From the NCBI GenBank assembly GCA_963825295.1, contig CAWGSZ010000009.1, positions 1,618,642-1,682,641 on the forward strand: a stretch of 64,000 bases of DNA. Reading direction: 5' to 3'. The stretch is from Vicinamibacterales bacterium. Lineage in GTDB: Bacteria; Acidobacteriota; Vicinamibacteria; Vicinamibacterales; JAMQPK01. Below are positions 36,168 through 46,632 of the stretch, piece by piece. The number at the start of each line of letters is the position of its first letter. Within the stretch, counting starts at the first letter, position 1. Made by a program: the position numbers and the translations under genes. The notes below the pieces were generated by a model. The model worked only from the letters and a program-made list of their open reading frames with translations. It had not been told where the DNA came from and made no database searches.

Positions 36168-37338
36168 GATTGCGCCACCTGGCAGTAGAGGTTCGTCATC
36201 TGGTCGGCGTACGTCTTCCAGTCGAATCGAGCGGCCTGACGGACACACGCGTCGCGGCGAGCCTGCCACGCGCGTTCATCTCGAGCTTTCTCCTCGAGCA
36301 GCCGCGTGACCACCTCGACCCACGAAGGGATGTCGCCGGGAGTACAGAACACCGCCGCATCGCCGCCGATTTCAGAGAGAGCCGGTATCCGGCTCGCCAC
36401 GACCGGCGTGCCGCACGCCATCGCCTCGACCAGCGGCAGCCCGAAGCCCTCGCGATCGGACGGCAGCAGCACGAGCGAGGCGTGACGGTACTGTTCGGCC
36501 AACTGCTCTCGATCGAGCGTCGGCATCTGCACGATGTGGTCGGCAACGCCCAGGCGGGTCGCGAGGTCGGCCTGCTCGGAGGTCAGCGGCCCTCCCACAC
36601 GCACGAGCCGAAGGCCGGGAATGGCGCTCCGCGCTCCGGCAAAGGCTTCGAGGAGCACGTCGATGCGCTTGCGTGGAATCGTGCTGCCAACGTGCAGCAG
36701 GTCTGTCGTTCGAGCGCGTCCGTTCGATGCCGGCGTGCAGCTCGGGTGGACGCCGAGATAGGTGACGCTGGTACGTGCCGGTGCGACGCGTCCGCTGGCC
36801 AGCAGTGCCGTCCTGGTGGCCTCGCTGATGCACGCGACGTGCGCCGCGCGCGAGACGCCGTCGAGAACCGACCGCGCCAGCAACCCTTCCGGGTGAAACG
36901 GGGTCGGGAGGGGTTTCGCCTCAGACACCTGGCGAAACCCCTCCCGAACCCGTTCTTCACCGACGGCAGCGCCGGCGTAATCGCATCGACGTCATTGCAC
37001 GTCACGACCGTGCGCTCGGCCGGCAGCACCCGCATCACGTGCGCGTAGCTGTGGTCGATCACATGAAACACGTCGAAATCGCGCACGCGCGGCGCGAGCC
37101 ATCGCGGGTAATCCCAGAGCCGTCCGGTCAGGCGATCGGCGAGCTGCATGCGCGCGCTCCGTCCAATCAGCGGCAACCGGCTCCACCGCTGGTTCATCCG
37201 TGGACGCAGCTGCACCGCCTCGATCCGCCCTCCCGACACGCGCGGCAGCGTCTGCATCAGCATGTCGCCGATGAGATCCATGCTGGGCCACCGCTCTTCG
37301 AGATAGTCACAGACGATGCCAACGCGAAGGGTTGTCAC
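36164..37338 (-). pseudogene. Glycosyltransferase family 4 interrupted by a 50-nt palindromic insertion
   Basis: The N-terminal part (track ORF 36583..37392) and the C-terminal part (36164..36928, ...LLPSDREGFGLPLVEAMACGTPVVASRIP...) change frame exactly at 36901..36950. In-silico removal restores one ORF. Confidence 0.75.
36893..36960. repeat. Palindromic RPE/MITE-like element, copy disrupting a GT4 gene
   Basis: GGGTCGGGAGGGGTTTCGCC-TCAGACACCT-GGCGAAACCCCTCCCGAACC at 36901..36950, with partly symmetric flanks GTGAAACG / CGTTCTTCAC. Same family as 15489..15537. Confidence 0.75.
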
Positions 37339-38109
37339 GAGCTCACACGGCACACGAACCAGACCTGCGTGGCGAGTCGGGGTCCGAGCCACGGAAACGG
37401 GCTGGCGACGACGCGCTCGAGCACGAACTGCCGGCGCAGACGCTCGCGCAGCACCATCCAGTTGAAACCCTTGTGATCGTGAGAAGGCCCGGAGCCGCTA
37501 TCGAACACCGGCCGCACGAGATGCTGGCGATCGCCGGCAAGCACCGACGTCAGCAGTTCCGGCCAGGAGTACGCGCTCGTCCCGGGATAGTGGCCCACGC
37601 CCCTCCATCCGGCAATCCGCCGTACAGTCTGCTTCACGAGAACCGGCATGCCCGTCTCGACGGGCACGCTGACGATCAGCTTCCCGCCGGGCGCGAGCAG
37701 CCGCGCCATCCGCGCCAGTTCCGATTCCCAGTCGACGACATGCTCGAGCACTTCCATGCAGAACACGGCGTCGTAGGCGGCCGTCTGGTCGCGTGTGTCG
37801 AGCTCGCTGACCTGGAGGAACGTCAGCCTGGGCTCGCTGTGATACCGGCGCCGGCAGTCTTCGACGACCTCGCGCGTGATCTCGGCGCCCACTCGCCGCG
37901 GCCGGCGCCGCGTCACTCATCATGGTGAGAGCGAGGAAGGTCCCATCGCCGCTGCCGAAGTCGAGCACGCGCTTGCCGCGAAACTCGCGCGCCAGAGCGA
38001 TGCCGGTGCTGAACCGGCGCGAATGGCTCCAGGCGACCAGCTTGTCGTTCGAGAACAGCTGCTTGCGCGCGTAGTGGCCGGTGCTGATCGCGCTACGAAG
38101 GTCTGACAC
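37335..38109 (-). pseudogene. Class I SAM-dependent methyltransferase, frame broken once
   Basis: The N-terminus (MSDLRSAISTGHYARKQLF...KRVLDFGSGDGTFLALTMM, ORF 37498..38109) and the remainder (VGAEITREVVEDC...AVFCMEVLEHV...LAPGGKLIVSVP, ORF 37335..37916) are in different frames. The break is at about 37885..37900. Confidence 0.65.
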
Positions 38110-39247
38110 AGGCCTCGCTCAACACCGCGCGAATCGTGGAGAACGCCCGGTCGCGCGACCACGTCTGTTCGACGAACGCGCGGCCGCGCAGTGCCTGCTC
38201 GCCCGCTTCCTCGCGGTGACCCGCCACCCACAGGATGGCGTCGCGCATCGCGTTCGCATCCTGACGCGGCGTCAACTGCGCGATGCCTTTCAACGTCAGC
38301 GCCAGGCCCCCGACGGCCGTGGCCACCGCCGGTGTGCCGCACGCCACCGCCTCGAGCGGCGACATGCCACCACCCTCCGCAAGCGACGCCTGCACGACGA
38401 GGTCGACCGCCTGCACGTACTCGCAGAGATCCTTCATGGGGTGGACGGCAGGACGAGCGATGACCCACTCGGCCGCGTCCGGCAGGTCGAGCGATCGGGC
38501 AATGTTCACGAACTCCTGAAAGCCTCCGCCAAGATTGATCACGACCGCATCAAGTCCCCGCGCGCGCGCCAGCGTGACTGCGCGCAACACGGTTTCGGGA
38601 TCCTTCTCGTGGCTGATCCGGCTCGAAAACAGGATGAGGAATTTGTTCTCCGGAAGCTGGTGCCGCCTTCTGAGCGCTGCGCGCTCGCCGGCGGTGACCG
38701 GCTTGAACAGCTTGGTATCGATGCCGCAATAGTAGCCCTCAAAGGCGCGGGCAGGAATGGCCGCCGCGAGATCGCGCAGATACGGCCCTGTGGTGAGTAC
38801 AGCGGTCCCCAGCCGGCCGCTCACGCTCATCGCCACGCGAAGGAACATCTCTCCGGCCATGGCCCCGATCTGGCCGATCTGCCCGCGCTGCCGGCGGCAC
38901 CGGAAGTACTCCACAGGAGAAGTGCCGAGGTAGGTCACAACCGGAACGCCCGTCAGTTTGCCGACAATCGTCGCATTCAGCGAGCCGCGGCCCATCTCCT
39001 GGGACAGCACCACGTCGAAACCGCGAATGTGCCCGAGAAGGTACCGGATCGAGCGCGCCTGGAACGCCAGCCGGCCGCCGTCGATTGTATCGACGCTCAG
39101 CCGCGCCCCGCTCTCGGCGATGCGCTCGGATAAACCGCTCTCGCGGAACTCCCGTGCCGGTGTGGCCAGCGTGAGATCGCAAATCTCCGACAACCCGACG
39201 ACGAATCGGATGTCCGTGAACCCCTCGCAGAAGTAGAGGACCTTCAC
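38093..39247 (-). CDS. Glycosyltransferase family 4
   Basis: VKVLYFCEGFTD... N-terminus, and ...VDLVVQASLAEGGGMSPLEAVACGTPAVATAVGG near the C-terminus. GTGA overlap with the upstream gene. Confidence 0.8.
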   Translation of the reverse strand: MKVLYFCEGFTDIRFVVGLSEICDLTLATPAREFRESGLSERIAESGARLSVDTIDGGRLAFQARSIRYLLGHIRGFDVVLSQEMGRGSLNATIVGKLTGVPVVTYLGTSPVEYFRCRRQRGQIGQIGAMAGEMFLRVAMSVSGRLGTAVLTTGPYLRDLAAAIPARAFEGYYCGIDTKLFKPVTAGERAALRRRHQLPENKFLILFSSRISHEKDPETVLRAVTLARARGLDAVVINLGGGFQEFVNIARSLDLPDAAEWVIARPAVHPMKDLCEYVQAVDLVVQASLAEGGGMSPLEAVACGTPAVATAVGGLALTLKGIAQLTPRQDANAMRDAILWVAGHREEAGEQALRGRAFVEQTWSRDRAFSTIRAVLSEACVRPS

Positions 39248-40200
39248 GGCTGCGACAGACCCGCCGCCCTCCGCACTGCACGGGGAAGGACGGACATCAG
39301 ATACGACGCGCACGGCTCCCAGCCCGGCGACGTGCGGAAGGCGTCGCGAAACAGCAGACGCGCTTCGCTGAGCTGGTTGAAGTACAGCCGATCGCGGCCG
39401 GCCCTGACGGTCGATTCCGCCAGCCGGGCGCGCAGGTACGGTGTCAATTCAGGAAAACGCCCGCTTTCGAGCAGCGATCGCCAGATGAACACGAAGCATT
39501 CGCTCTTCTCAGGGCTGCGTCTGACGGTCTCCATCCCGGAGTGAATCCGGTACCGCGTCAATCGCTCGGGGACGTAATAGAACACACCGCCGGATGCCGC
39601 GAGCAGGCTCGCGATCCAGAAGTCGTACGCACCGGCCACCTCGGGCACCAGCTTCGCGTATTCGAACGCGCCCGCTCTGAAGACCGATGCCATCGCCACC
39701 GGCACGGCATTCTTCTGAAGGACGAGCGCATGCGGGTCGTCGATGTCTCCCGCCGGCAGGTTCAGCCGCCCGTACGCGGTGGTGTTCTCGATCGTCGCGG
39801 GCTCGTCGATCTCACCGCTCTCTCTCATGATCCAGTGATCGCAGAACGCCAGGACCCTGCGGTGTCTGGCCTCGAGCGCAGGGACGAGGCGCGCGAGAAA
39901 TTCCGGCTCCCACACATCGTCGTCGTTCAGAATCGAAATGTAGCGGCCACGCGCCTTTCGGAGCGCCGACTGCAGGCTTCGTGGGACGCCGAGCGTCGCG
40001 GGATTCGCTTCATAGCGAAGCCGGCCGTCCGCGAACACCGACGTCGCGATCTCCTTCGCGTCGGACGATCCGGAGTCGTCGGCGACGATAACCTCGTAGT
40101 CGCCGAAGGTCTGCGCGGCCACCCCGCCAAGCGCGGCGCGAAGATAGTCGAGGCGTTTGTAGACGGTGAGGATCACCGTCACGAGCGGCTTCGCCGTCAC
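39244..40200 (-). CDS. Glycosyltransferase family 2
   Basis: VTVILTVYKRLDYLRAALGGVAAQTFGDYEVIVADDSGS...ISILNDDDVWEP (GT-A DxD region). GTG start in a GTGA overlap. Confidence 0.85.
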   Translation of the reverse strand: MTAKPLVTVILTVYKRLDYLRAALGGVAAQTFGDYEVIVADDSGSSDAKEIATSVFADGRLRYEANPATLGVPRSLQSALRKARGRYISILNDDDVWEPEFLARLVPALEARHRRVLAFCDHWIMRESGEIDEPATIENTTAYGRLNLPAGDIDDPHALVLQKNAVPVAMASVFRAGAFEYAKLVPEVAGAYDFWIASLLAASGGVFYYVPERLTRYRIHSGMETVRRSPEKSECFVFIWRSLLESGRFPELTPYLRARLAESTVRAGRDRLYFNQLSEARLLFRDAFRTSPGWEPCASYLMSVLPRAVRRAAGLSQP

Positions 40201-41385
40201 TCAGCCACCTGCTGAAAGACTCTCATCAACTCGGGAAGATGCCGGTCCATCGTGAACGACGCGCCGACGTTCCGGGCGCCGCTGCACAACGCGGCGTAGT
40301 GATGCGGATCCTGTACGCACGAGACAATCGCCTTCGCGAGCGCCGAGGCCGACGGGGGATGCCCCGGCGCGAGGTGCCCGTTCACGCCCTCACGAAGCCA
40401 CTGCGGGATGCCCCCGACCGCGAACGCCGCGGCCGGTCACTCCGTGTTGCGCGGCCGTCGGTCCCACCGAACCGAAAGGCTCCGGCCAGACGCTCGGAAC
40501 CACGAGAAGATCGGTTCTCGCCATCAGCACGTCGAGCTGGTCGGCCGTCTGCCAGCCCGGAAACGTCACCTCGATGTCGCTGTTCGCTGCCTGGATGGTT
40601 CGCGCACGCTCTCCCCACTCGCGCCGGTCGCGTCCATCGCCGGCCATTGTGAGCCGGAGCGGGCGCCCGAGCCGTTGTTGCGTTTCGGGCAGCGCATCGA
40701 GCAGGAACGCACCACCCTTCAGCGCATCCATGCGGCCCGCGAACAGGAGGTTCAGCGACGCGCCTCCACGGTAGTCGTTCGGCCCCGGCGTGGACGTCAC
40801 CGGGAACGGGACGACCGTGGAGCGGACGCCGTGACGGTCGAGCTCACACTGCATGTGGGCGCTGTGGGTCAGCACGGCGCGATACTCACGCAGCAGCGCG
40901 AGCCTGCGGGATTGCTCACGATACAGGTTCCACATCGTCGATGGGCTGTTGCCGCCGCATCCTCGTGGAAAGTAGTACGCCAGGCAGGCTGCGCCGAACT
41001 GCCGGTCGCACGCGATCATGCCGGGACGGGTGTGGGTCTTGGTGCCGCTCACGCAGGTACCGACATAGGTGTGCACGAACTGTACAGCCGGCGCGATGCG
41101 GAGCAGATCGCGTTCGGCGCTGGTGTCGTGCAGCCCGTGTACGTACAGGACATCGGGCTTCCAGTCGCGCAGCCGTTGAGTCGCCCCGGTGGCGCCGAGC
41201 TCGGCGGCTGAAAACAGCGGCGTCTCGACGGGCAGATCGATCCGCTGGCGTTCGCCGGTTTCGTGGTGCTCGTACCAGAACGCCAGATCCAGCCCGGCGC
41301 GGGCCATCGCCGGGAGCACGAGCGAAAGATACGCCTCGATGCCGCCGAGTCGCTGAGCGGTCCACGCCAGCACGGCCACTCGCAT
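40197..41385 (-). pseudogene. Glycosyltransferase family 4, frame broken once near the 3' end
   Basis: The main part (MRVAVLAWTAQRLGG...LLVVPSVWPEPFGSVG, inside ORF 40390..41607) and the tail (NGHLAPGHPPSASALAKAIV..., ORF 40197..40385) are in different frames. Removing one base near 40431..40440 yields ...QHGV(P/T)AAAFAVGGIPQWLREGVNGHL.... Confidence 0.7.
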
Positions 41386-42644
41386 CAGCGCCCCGAGAGC
41401 ACCTCGCGCTCGACGGTGCGCCAGTGGTAGTCGGTAATCAGCGCGCCTTCGTTGCGCTGCGGCATGCGACCCGTGCCGTACACATCGCGCGGCGCGATGT
41501 CGAACGTCATCGCCCGCTCGACGTAATCGTGGAAGGCATGATGGCCGTGCATGAACACGTCGAGCGCGTACGTATCGGGCCGGAGCGGAAGCCCCGGCAC
41601 GCGGCACGCCAGCGTCCCGGCGCCCTTGGCAACCGAGAAGCTTTCGTTGCGGAATCCGCTGGACAGCGTCGCGACACGCGTCCCGTCGAGCATGTTGATC
41701 GAGACGCTCGCCAGCACGTGCTCGAGCGGCGCCTTGGCCTCGTAATCAATGAGGATGTCGAACGGCTGACCGTAGCGAATCGAGCGCGTCAGCTCGCCAT
41801 CGGCCGCGGTCATCGAAATCGTCGTCGCCCGCACGCTTCCCGAGCCGGTCCGATCGTGCCGATCGCGCAAGTCTCCGACCAGCGTGGATTCTTCGTGCGC
41901 GGAGTACGCCTCGATGGCCTCACCCACATCGCCGGCCAGCGCCACGCGCCCGTTCTTGAGCAGCACGGCCCGCGAACACAGGCTCCCGATGGCCGCCATG
42001 TTGTGGCTGACGAGCAACACCGTGCGTCCGTCCGTCGCGACGTCGCGCATCTTGCCGAGGCACTTCCGCTGAAAGTCGGCGTCGCCCACCGCGAGCACTT
42101 CGTCGACGATCAGGATCTCGCTTCGCAGGTGAGCCGCCACGGCGAAGGCCAGCCGCACGTACATGCCGCTGCTGTAGTGCTTGACCGGCGTATCCAGAAA
42201 GCGCTCGACGCCGGCGAAGGCCACGATGGCGTCGAACTGGCTGCGAATCTCGGCTCGGGTCATCCCGAGAATCGCGCCGTTGAGGAACACGTTTTCGCGG
42301 CCGGTCAACTCCTGGTTGAATCCCGTGCCCACCTCGAGCAGGCTGCCGACCCGCCCGTGGAGATCGGCTTCGCCTTCCGACATCTCGGTGATGCGCGAGA
42401 GAATCTTGAGCAGCGTGCTCTTGCCCGCGCCGTTCGACCCGATCAACCCGAGCACTTCGCCGCGCGCGACGTCGAACGTCACGTCCTTCAGCGCCCAGAA
42501 TTGCTCCCGCTCGGCACGCGCAAAAGGATGGCGCACGCGCCGCACGATCGCCTCGGCGAGGGTCGTCGGCGCGGTGTAGTCGTGACGGATCGTGTACTGC
42601 TTGCCGACGCCCCGAACCGCGATGGCGAGCCCGTTAGACGACAT
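41385..42644 (-). CDS. Polysaccharide ABC transporter ATP-binding protein (Wzt/TagH-like) with extra C-terminal domain
   Basis: Walker A GSNGAGKST, signature YSSGMYVRLAF and Walker B ILIVDE. About 170 further C-terminal residues follow, as in Wzt carbohydrate-binding extensions. Start taken at ATG 42644. Confidence 0.85.
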   Translation of the reverse strand: MSSNGLAIAVRGVGKQYTIRHDYTAPTTLAEAIVRRVRHPFARAEREQFWALKDVTFDVARGEVLGLIGSNGAGKSTLLKILSRITEMSEGEADLHGRVGSLLEVGTGFNQELTGRENVFLNGAILGMTRAEIRSQFDAIVAFAGVERFLDTPVKHYSSGMYVRLAFAVAAHLRSEILIVDEVLAVGDADFQRKCLGKMRDVATDGRTVLLVSHNMAAIGSLCSRAVLLKNGRVALAGDVGEAIEAYSAHEESTLVGDLRDRHDRTGSGSVRATTISMTAADGELTRSIRYGQPFDILIDYEAKAPLEHVLASVSINMLDGTRVATLSSGFRNESFSVAKGAGTLACRVPGLPLRPDTYALDVFMHGHHAFHDYVERAMTFDIAPRDVYGTGRMPQRNEGALITDYHWRTVEREVLSGR

Positions 42645-43468
42645 CGGCGAAGCTTCGCTCCGTGCGTTTGAAAACAGCCGCGCCAAAGACGAAGAGCCCG
42701 AGGGCGACGGCCGCCGACCACGAGACGAACGCGAGCGGGGGCAGCGCGCCGCCGGGCACCAGCGAGGCGCGCATCCCGGCGATCAAGGCGGCCAGGGGAT
42801 TCACGAGATAGAAGGCCGTCTGATAGCGAGCCGGAATCTGCGAGACGTCGTAGGCGACGGGGCTCGCGTACAGGAGAAACGGAACCACGATCGGGAAGGA
42901 TGTGCTGAATGTCGCGGTACTTCACCGTCAGGGAGGCCGCGATGAACCCTGCCCCCAGCGCGAGACACAGGATGAGGCCGATCCAGACCGGGAGCAGCAG
43001 GGCGAGCGCTGGCGGCGACGATCCCTGAGACGCGAGCAGCACGACATACACGGTCAGCGCCACCGCAAAATCCAGCAGCGTCGAGAGCGTCCCCGACAGC
43101 GGCAGTATCAGGCGCGGAAAGTACACCTTGCTGACAAGGTAGGAATTGCCCACGAGCGAAAAGCTCGTCTTGCTGAGTGTGAAACTGAAGAGGTTCCAGG
43201 CGAGCAATCCCACGAACGTGAACAGGAAGTAGGACCCTCCCGGCGGCCTGGCGCCAGCGACGATGCCGAATGCGAAGTTCAGCACGCCGGCGGCGATGAG
43301 CGGCTGGAGCACCACCCACATGATGCCCAGCGCGGTCTGGCGATAGCGCAGCTTGATGTCGCGGCGCGCGAGCTCGACCAGCAGGTCGCGAAACTCCGCC
43401 AGCTCATGCAGATCGATCGAGACCCAGCCGGTTGTCGGGCGGAGCGTTCGCACGTACGACGTGCTCAT
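42634..43468 (-). pseudogene. ABC-2 type polysaccharide export permease (Wzm-like), frame broken once
   Basis: MSTSYVRTLRPTTGW...LTVKYRDIQHILP (inside ORF 42488..43645) continues as IVVPFLLYASPVAYDVSQIP... (ORF 42634..42888) after removal of one G from GGG 42893..42895. Confidence 0.75.
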
Positions 43469-44394
43469 GCCTCGATCGCCTCGGCCGCCACACGGGCTTG
43501 ATGCTGCAACACCATCCAGCCACTGCGCGCGCATGCCTCGAGAGCGGCCCGCATTTCCGTGGTGGCGAGGTAGCTTGGCGCCTCGAACGGCGACGCCAGC
43601 GATCCGTCGGCCGCCGGCGCCAGAACCGGCCCTCGCATCGACCACCCGATCGAAAAAATCTCGTAGCCCGCGGCGCGAAGCAGCGCCATGGCCCGGCTGC
43701 CGGTGCCTTCGTGGTCTTCGAACACGACGTGACGGATGCGATGCGCGTGAAGCGACCCCGCGGCGCCCTCGAGCACCTGCTCTTCATGGCCCTCGACGTC
43801 GATCTTCATCATGCCCGCTCGTTGTCCGCCGATCACGTCGTCCAGTTTCGCGACCGCCACCTGAACCATGCGTTCGACATTCGACGCGTTGTGTTCCGCC
43901 GCGATGTGCGCCAGGCCGTCGTTCGCCGACGCCGGATCGGGAAGTACGAGGGTGGCGGATCCCGCCTCGGCGCCCAGCGCCCCATCGTGCAGCTCGATAG
44001 CGGCCATCTCGTAGTGCCGGCGCGCATGCTCGACGTTGCGTCTCAGCCATTCGGCCACGTGCGGATTCGGCTCGAACGCCAGCACGCACCCGTCCGGCCC
44101 CGACGCGACGGCGCCGAGCAGCGTCATGTATCCCAGGTTCGCACCGACGTCGATCACGACGTCGGCGGGACGCGTCAGCCGGAACAGCACTTCGGACACG
44201 GCAAGGTCGAACACGCCTGTGGTCCAGAGGCACCGTCCGACGTGTTCGGTCGGATCGGCCCACAACTCGACACCCCACGACACCGGCATGAGCCGATGGC
44301 CGGGTGGCGGTGCGGCAAGGCTCGACGCGAGACGCCTCGCCAGTTGATGAGGGCGATAGACGAACCACGGCTTCCAGACGGCGGTGAGGTTCAT
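43465..44394 (-). CDS. FkbM-family methyltransferase
   Basis: VVIDVGANLGYMTLLGA...VLAFEPNP...MMKIDVEGHEEQVLEGA matches the family. ATGA overlaps at both ends. Confidence 0.8.
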   Translation of the reverse strand: MNLTAVWKPWFVYRPHQLARRLASSLAAPPPGHRLMPVSWGVELWADPTEHVGRCLWTTGVFDLAVSEVLFRLTRPADVVIDVGANLGYMTLLGAVASGPDGCVLAFEPNPHVAEWLRRNVEHARRHYEMAAIELHDGALGAEAGSATLVLPDPASANDGLAHIAAEHNASNVERMVQVAVAKLDDVIGGQRAGMMKIDVEGHEEQVLEGAAGSLHAHRIRHVVFEDHEGTGSRAMALLRAAGYEIFSIGWSMRGPVLAPAADGSLASPFEAPSYLATTEMRAALEACARSGWMVLQHQARVAAEAIEA

Positions 44395-45107
44395 GCGGCC
44401 CGGCGCGCGACCGCCATCACCGAGCTTCCGAATGGAAGCCAGCCGGCAATCGCATGCTCGCAGCGAAACCATGTTTGAAGCGCCGAATTCAGGAACGGTG
44501 GCGGCACGCGCGGCACGGCGGCATCCGATCGGATCAACGCCTCCTTCGCCCGGACGGCGAGCTTCGGCAGCGTCAGCGACTGGAACAGATACCGGGCTCC
44601 CGTCACGTCGAGACTGGCGGCCTGCAGCAGGCGCCGCACCTCACCCGCCGCGTAGCGCTTGACGTGGCCGTTGAGCTGGTCGTGCGAGGTCCACAGCGCG
44701 TCGAATGCCGGCACCGTGATGAGCATCTGACCGTCGGCGACAAGGAGGCTCGCCGCGCGCCGCACCATCGCCTCGGGGCGCTCAACGTGTTCGAGCACAT
44801 CGAGCATCAGGATGAGATCGAACCCGCCGCTCGACTTGAACGTGTCGAGATCGCCCAGATGGATACGGTGGCGCCAGCGTCCGCTCTGCTCCACGGCAAT
44901 GCGATCGGACTCGACGCCCTCGACATGTCCGAAGACGTCGAGCGCATCGAAGAACAGCCCGGCGCCACAGCCGATGTCGAGGATCCTCGCGCCCGTCCGG
45001 TGTCCGAGAATCTGCCGCACTTCCTTCAGCAGAATCTCCTCGCGGACGCGCCACCACCAGTGCCGGCGATACAGATCGCTGTAGGCGGTGGTGTAGTCGG
45101 ACTGCAT
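44391..45107 (-). CDS. Class I SAM-dependent methyltransferase
   Basis: MQSDYTTAYSDLY...ARILDIGCGAGLFFDAL...FDLILMLDVLEHVERP. The start ATG at 45105..45107 overlaps the upstream TAA by 1 nt. Confidence 0.75.
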   Translation of the reverse strand: MQSDYTTAYSDLYRRHWWWRVREEILLKEVRQILGHRTGARILDIGCGAGLFFDALDVFGHVEGVESDRIAVEQSGRWRHRIHLGDLDTFKSSGGFDLILMLDVLEHVERPEAMVRRAASLLVADGQMLITVPAFDALWTSHDQLNGHVKRYAAGEVRRLLQAASLDVTGARYLFQSLTLPKLAVRAKEALIRSDAAVPRVPPPFLNSALQTWFRCEHAIAGWLPFGSSVMAVARRAA

Positions 45108-46033
45108 TACTTCGCCCCGAGCACGCGCGCCACGATATAGGGTGGACGACCTTTGGCTTCGCCGTACACCCGGCCCAGATACTCGCCGATGATGCCGAGG
45201 AACAGCAGCTGCACCCCTGAAAGGAACGTCATGATCAACAACGACGCCGTGAACCCTGCCGGCACCTCGCCGACAGCCAGGCGCACGTAGATGGCGTACA
45301 GCGCGAAGGCCGCCGAGGCGGCAATCGCCAGCACACCCGTGACCGCGGCGGCCCGCAGCGGCACAATCGAAAACGAGCACACACCGTCGAGCGCCAGCTT
45401 GAGGAGCTTCCAGGTGCTGTATTTCGGCTTGCCGGCGAACCGGGCCGCGCGATCGACGTCGATGCCGACCTGCCTGAACCCCACCCACGCGCGAAGCCCG
45501 CGCAGGTACCGCTCATGTTCGGGCAAGCCTCTCAGCGTCGTCACGACGGGGGCCCCGAGCAGCGCGAAGTCGCCGCTGTCGAGCGGCAGATCCGTATCCG
45601 ACAAGGCCGAGATCAGACGATAGAACATGCGATAGGCGGCCCGCTTCAGCCAGCTTTCCTGACGCGTTTTCCGCCGCGCGAACACGACGTCGGCGCCGGC
45701 TTCGTGATGCTTCACGAACTCCGGAATCACCTCGGGCTGATCCTGGAGATCGCCGTCCATCAGCACCACGGCATCGCCCTCGGCGTGATCGAGCGCGGCG
45801 CCCATAGCGGCCTGGTGGCCGAAGTTGCGCGAGAGCACGACGAGCTTGATGCGCCGGTCGCCGGCCGCGGCGTCCTCGAGCATCGTCCGCGTCCGATCGG
45901 TGCTCCCGTCATCGACGAACACCATCTCGTGGGGTCCGCCCGGGATGCCGTCGAGCACCGCGCCGAGGCGTGACAGCAGCTCCGGGATGTTCTCCTGCTC
46001 GTTGAAGATCGGAATGCCGACGGACAATCTCAC
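45107..46033 (-). CDS. GT2 polyprenyl-phosphate glycosyltransferase (GtrB/ArnC/DPM1-like)
   Basis: VRLSVGIPIFNEQENIPEL...MVFVDDGSTDRT...VLMDGDLQDQPE plus two C-terminal TM helices (...LLIMTFLSGVQLLFLGIIGEYLGRVY). GTG start in a GTGA overlap. Confidence 0.8.
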   Translation of the reverse strand: MRLSVGIPIFNEQENIPELLSRLGAVLDGIPGGPHEMVFVDDGSTDRTRTMLEDAAAGDRRIKLVVLSRNFGHQAAMGAALDHAEGDAVVLMDGDLQDQPEVIPEFVKHHEAGADVVFARRKTRQESWLKRAAYRMFYRLISALSDTDLPLDSGDFALLGAPVVTTLRGLPEHERYLRGLRAWVGFRQVGIDVDRAARFAGKPKYSTWKLLKLALDGVCSFSIVPLRAAAVTGVLAIAASAAFALYAIYVRLAVGEVPAGFTASLLIMTFLSGVQLLFLGIIGEYLGRVYGEAKGRPPYIVARVLGAK

Positions 46034-46632
46034 CGGCGCACCCGGCCCTGCAGATAGATCATGGCCCACAGTCCTCCACCGAAGGTGTAGGGCTCGGTCA
46101 CGACGGGCTCGAAGGCCGCGCTGAAGAGCCCGGTCCAGCTCTCGATCGAGCGGGCGAATCGCCCGCGATCGAGCTTCGCCATCACGCGCGCCCGCGACAT
46201 GCGGGGCGGCAGCACGAGCTCGAGCACGTGCACGCGCCCGTCTGGCGCGACGAGCGTGGTCAGCCGGCTCAGAATCCGGCGAACGTGATCGTCGGACACG
46301 TGATGCAGAAAACTGTTGACGAGAATCGTATCGAACGTCCCGAGCGACGACAGATCCGCCTCCGTGAGATCGGCCTGGACGAATGTCCCCGCGTGCCGCG
46401 CGCGCGCCATCTGCAGGTACCGTTCGTTGATGTCGAGCCCGACGTACTCCGCGTGTTCGAACCTGCGGGCATTTGTTCCGGTACCACAGCCGACGTCGAG
46501 CACCCGGCGGACCGGCAGGTCGCGCAACCGGCGTTCCACGGGCGCAAACTTCTGCGCGGCAAACGGCGCCTGCCAGAGCGCGTAGATCGCCGGATGCTCC
46601 ATCAACCGATCCCGTGTGTCTGCTAGCGCCAT
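46030..46632 (-). CDS. Class I SAM-dependent methyltransferase
   Basis: 200 aa, with RRVLDVGCGTGTNARRF...FDTILVNSFLHHV. Confidence 0.75.
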   Translation of the reverse strand: MALADTRDRLMEHPAIYALWQAPFAAQKFAPVERRLRDLPVRRVLDVGCGTGTNARRFEHAEYVGLDINERYLQMARARHAGTFVQADLTEADLSSLGTFDTILVNSFLHHVSDDHVRRILSRLTTLVAPDGRVHVLELVLPPRMSRARVMAKLDRGRFARSIESWTGLFSAAFEPVVTEPYTFGGGLWAMIYLQGRVRR

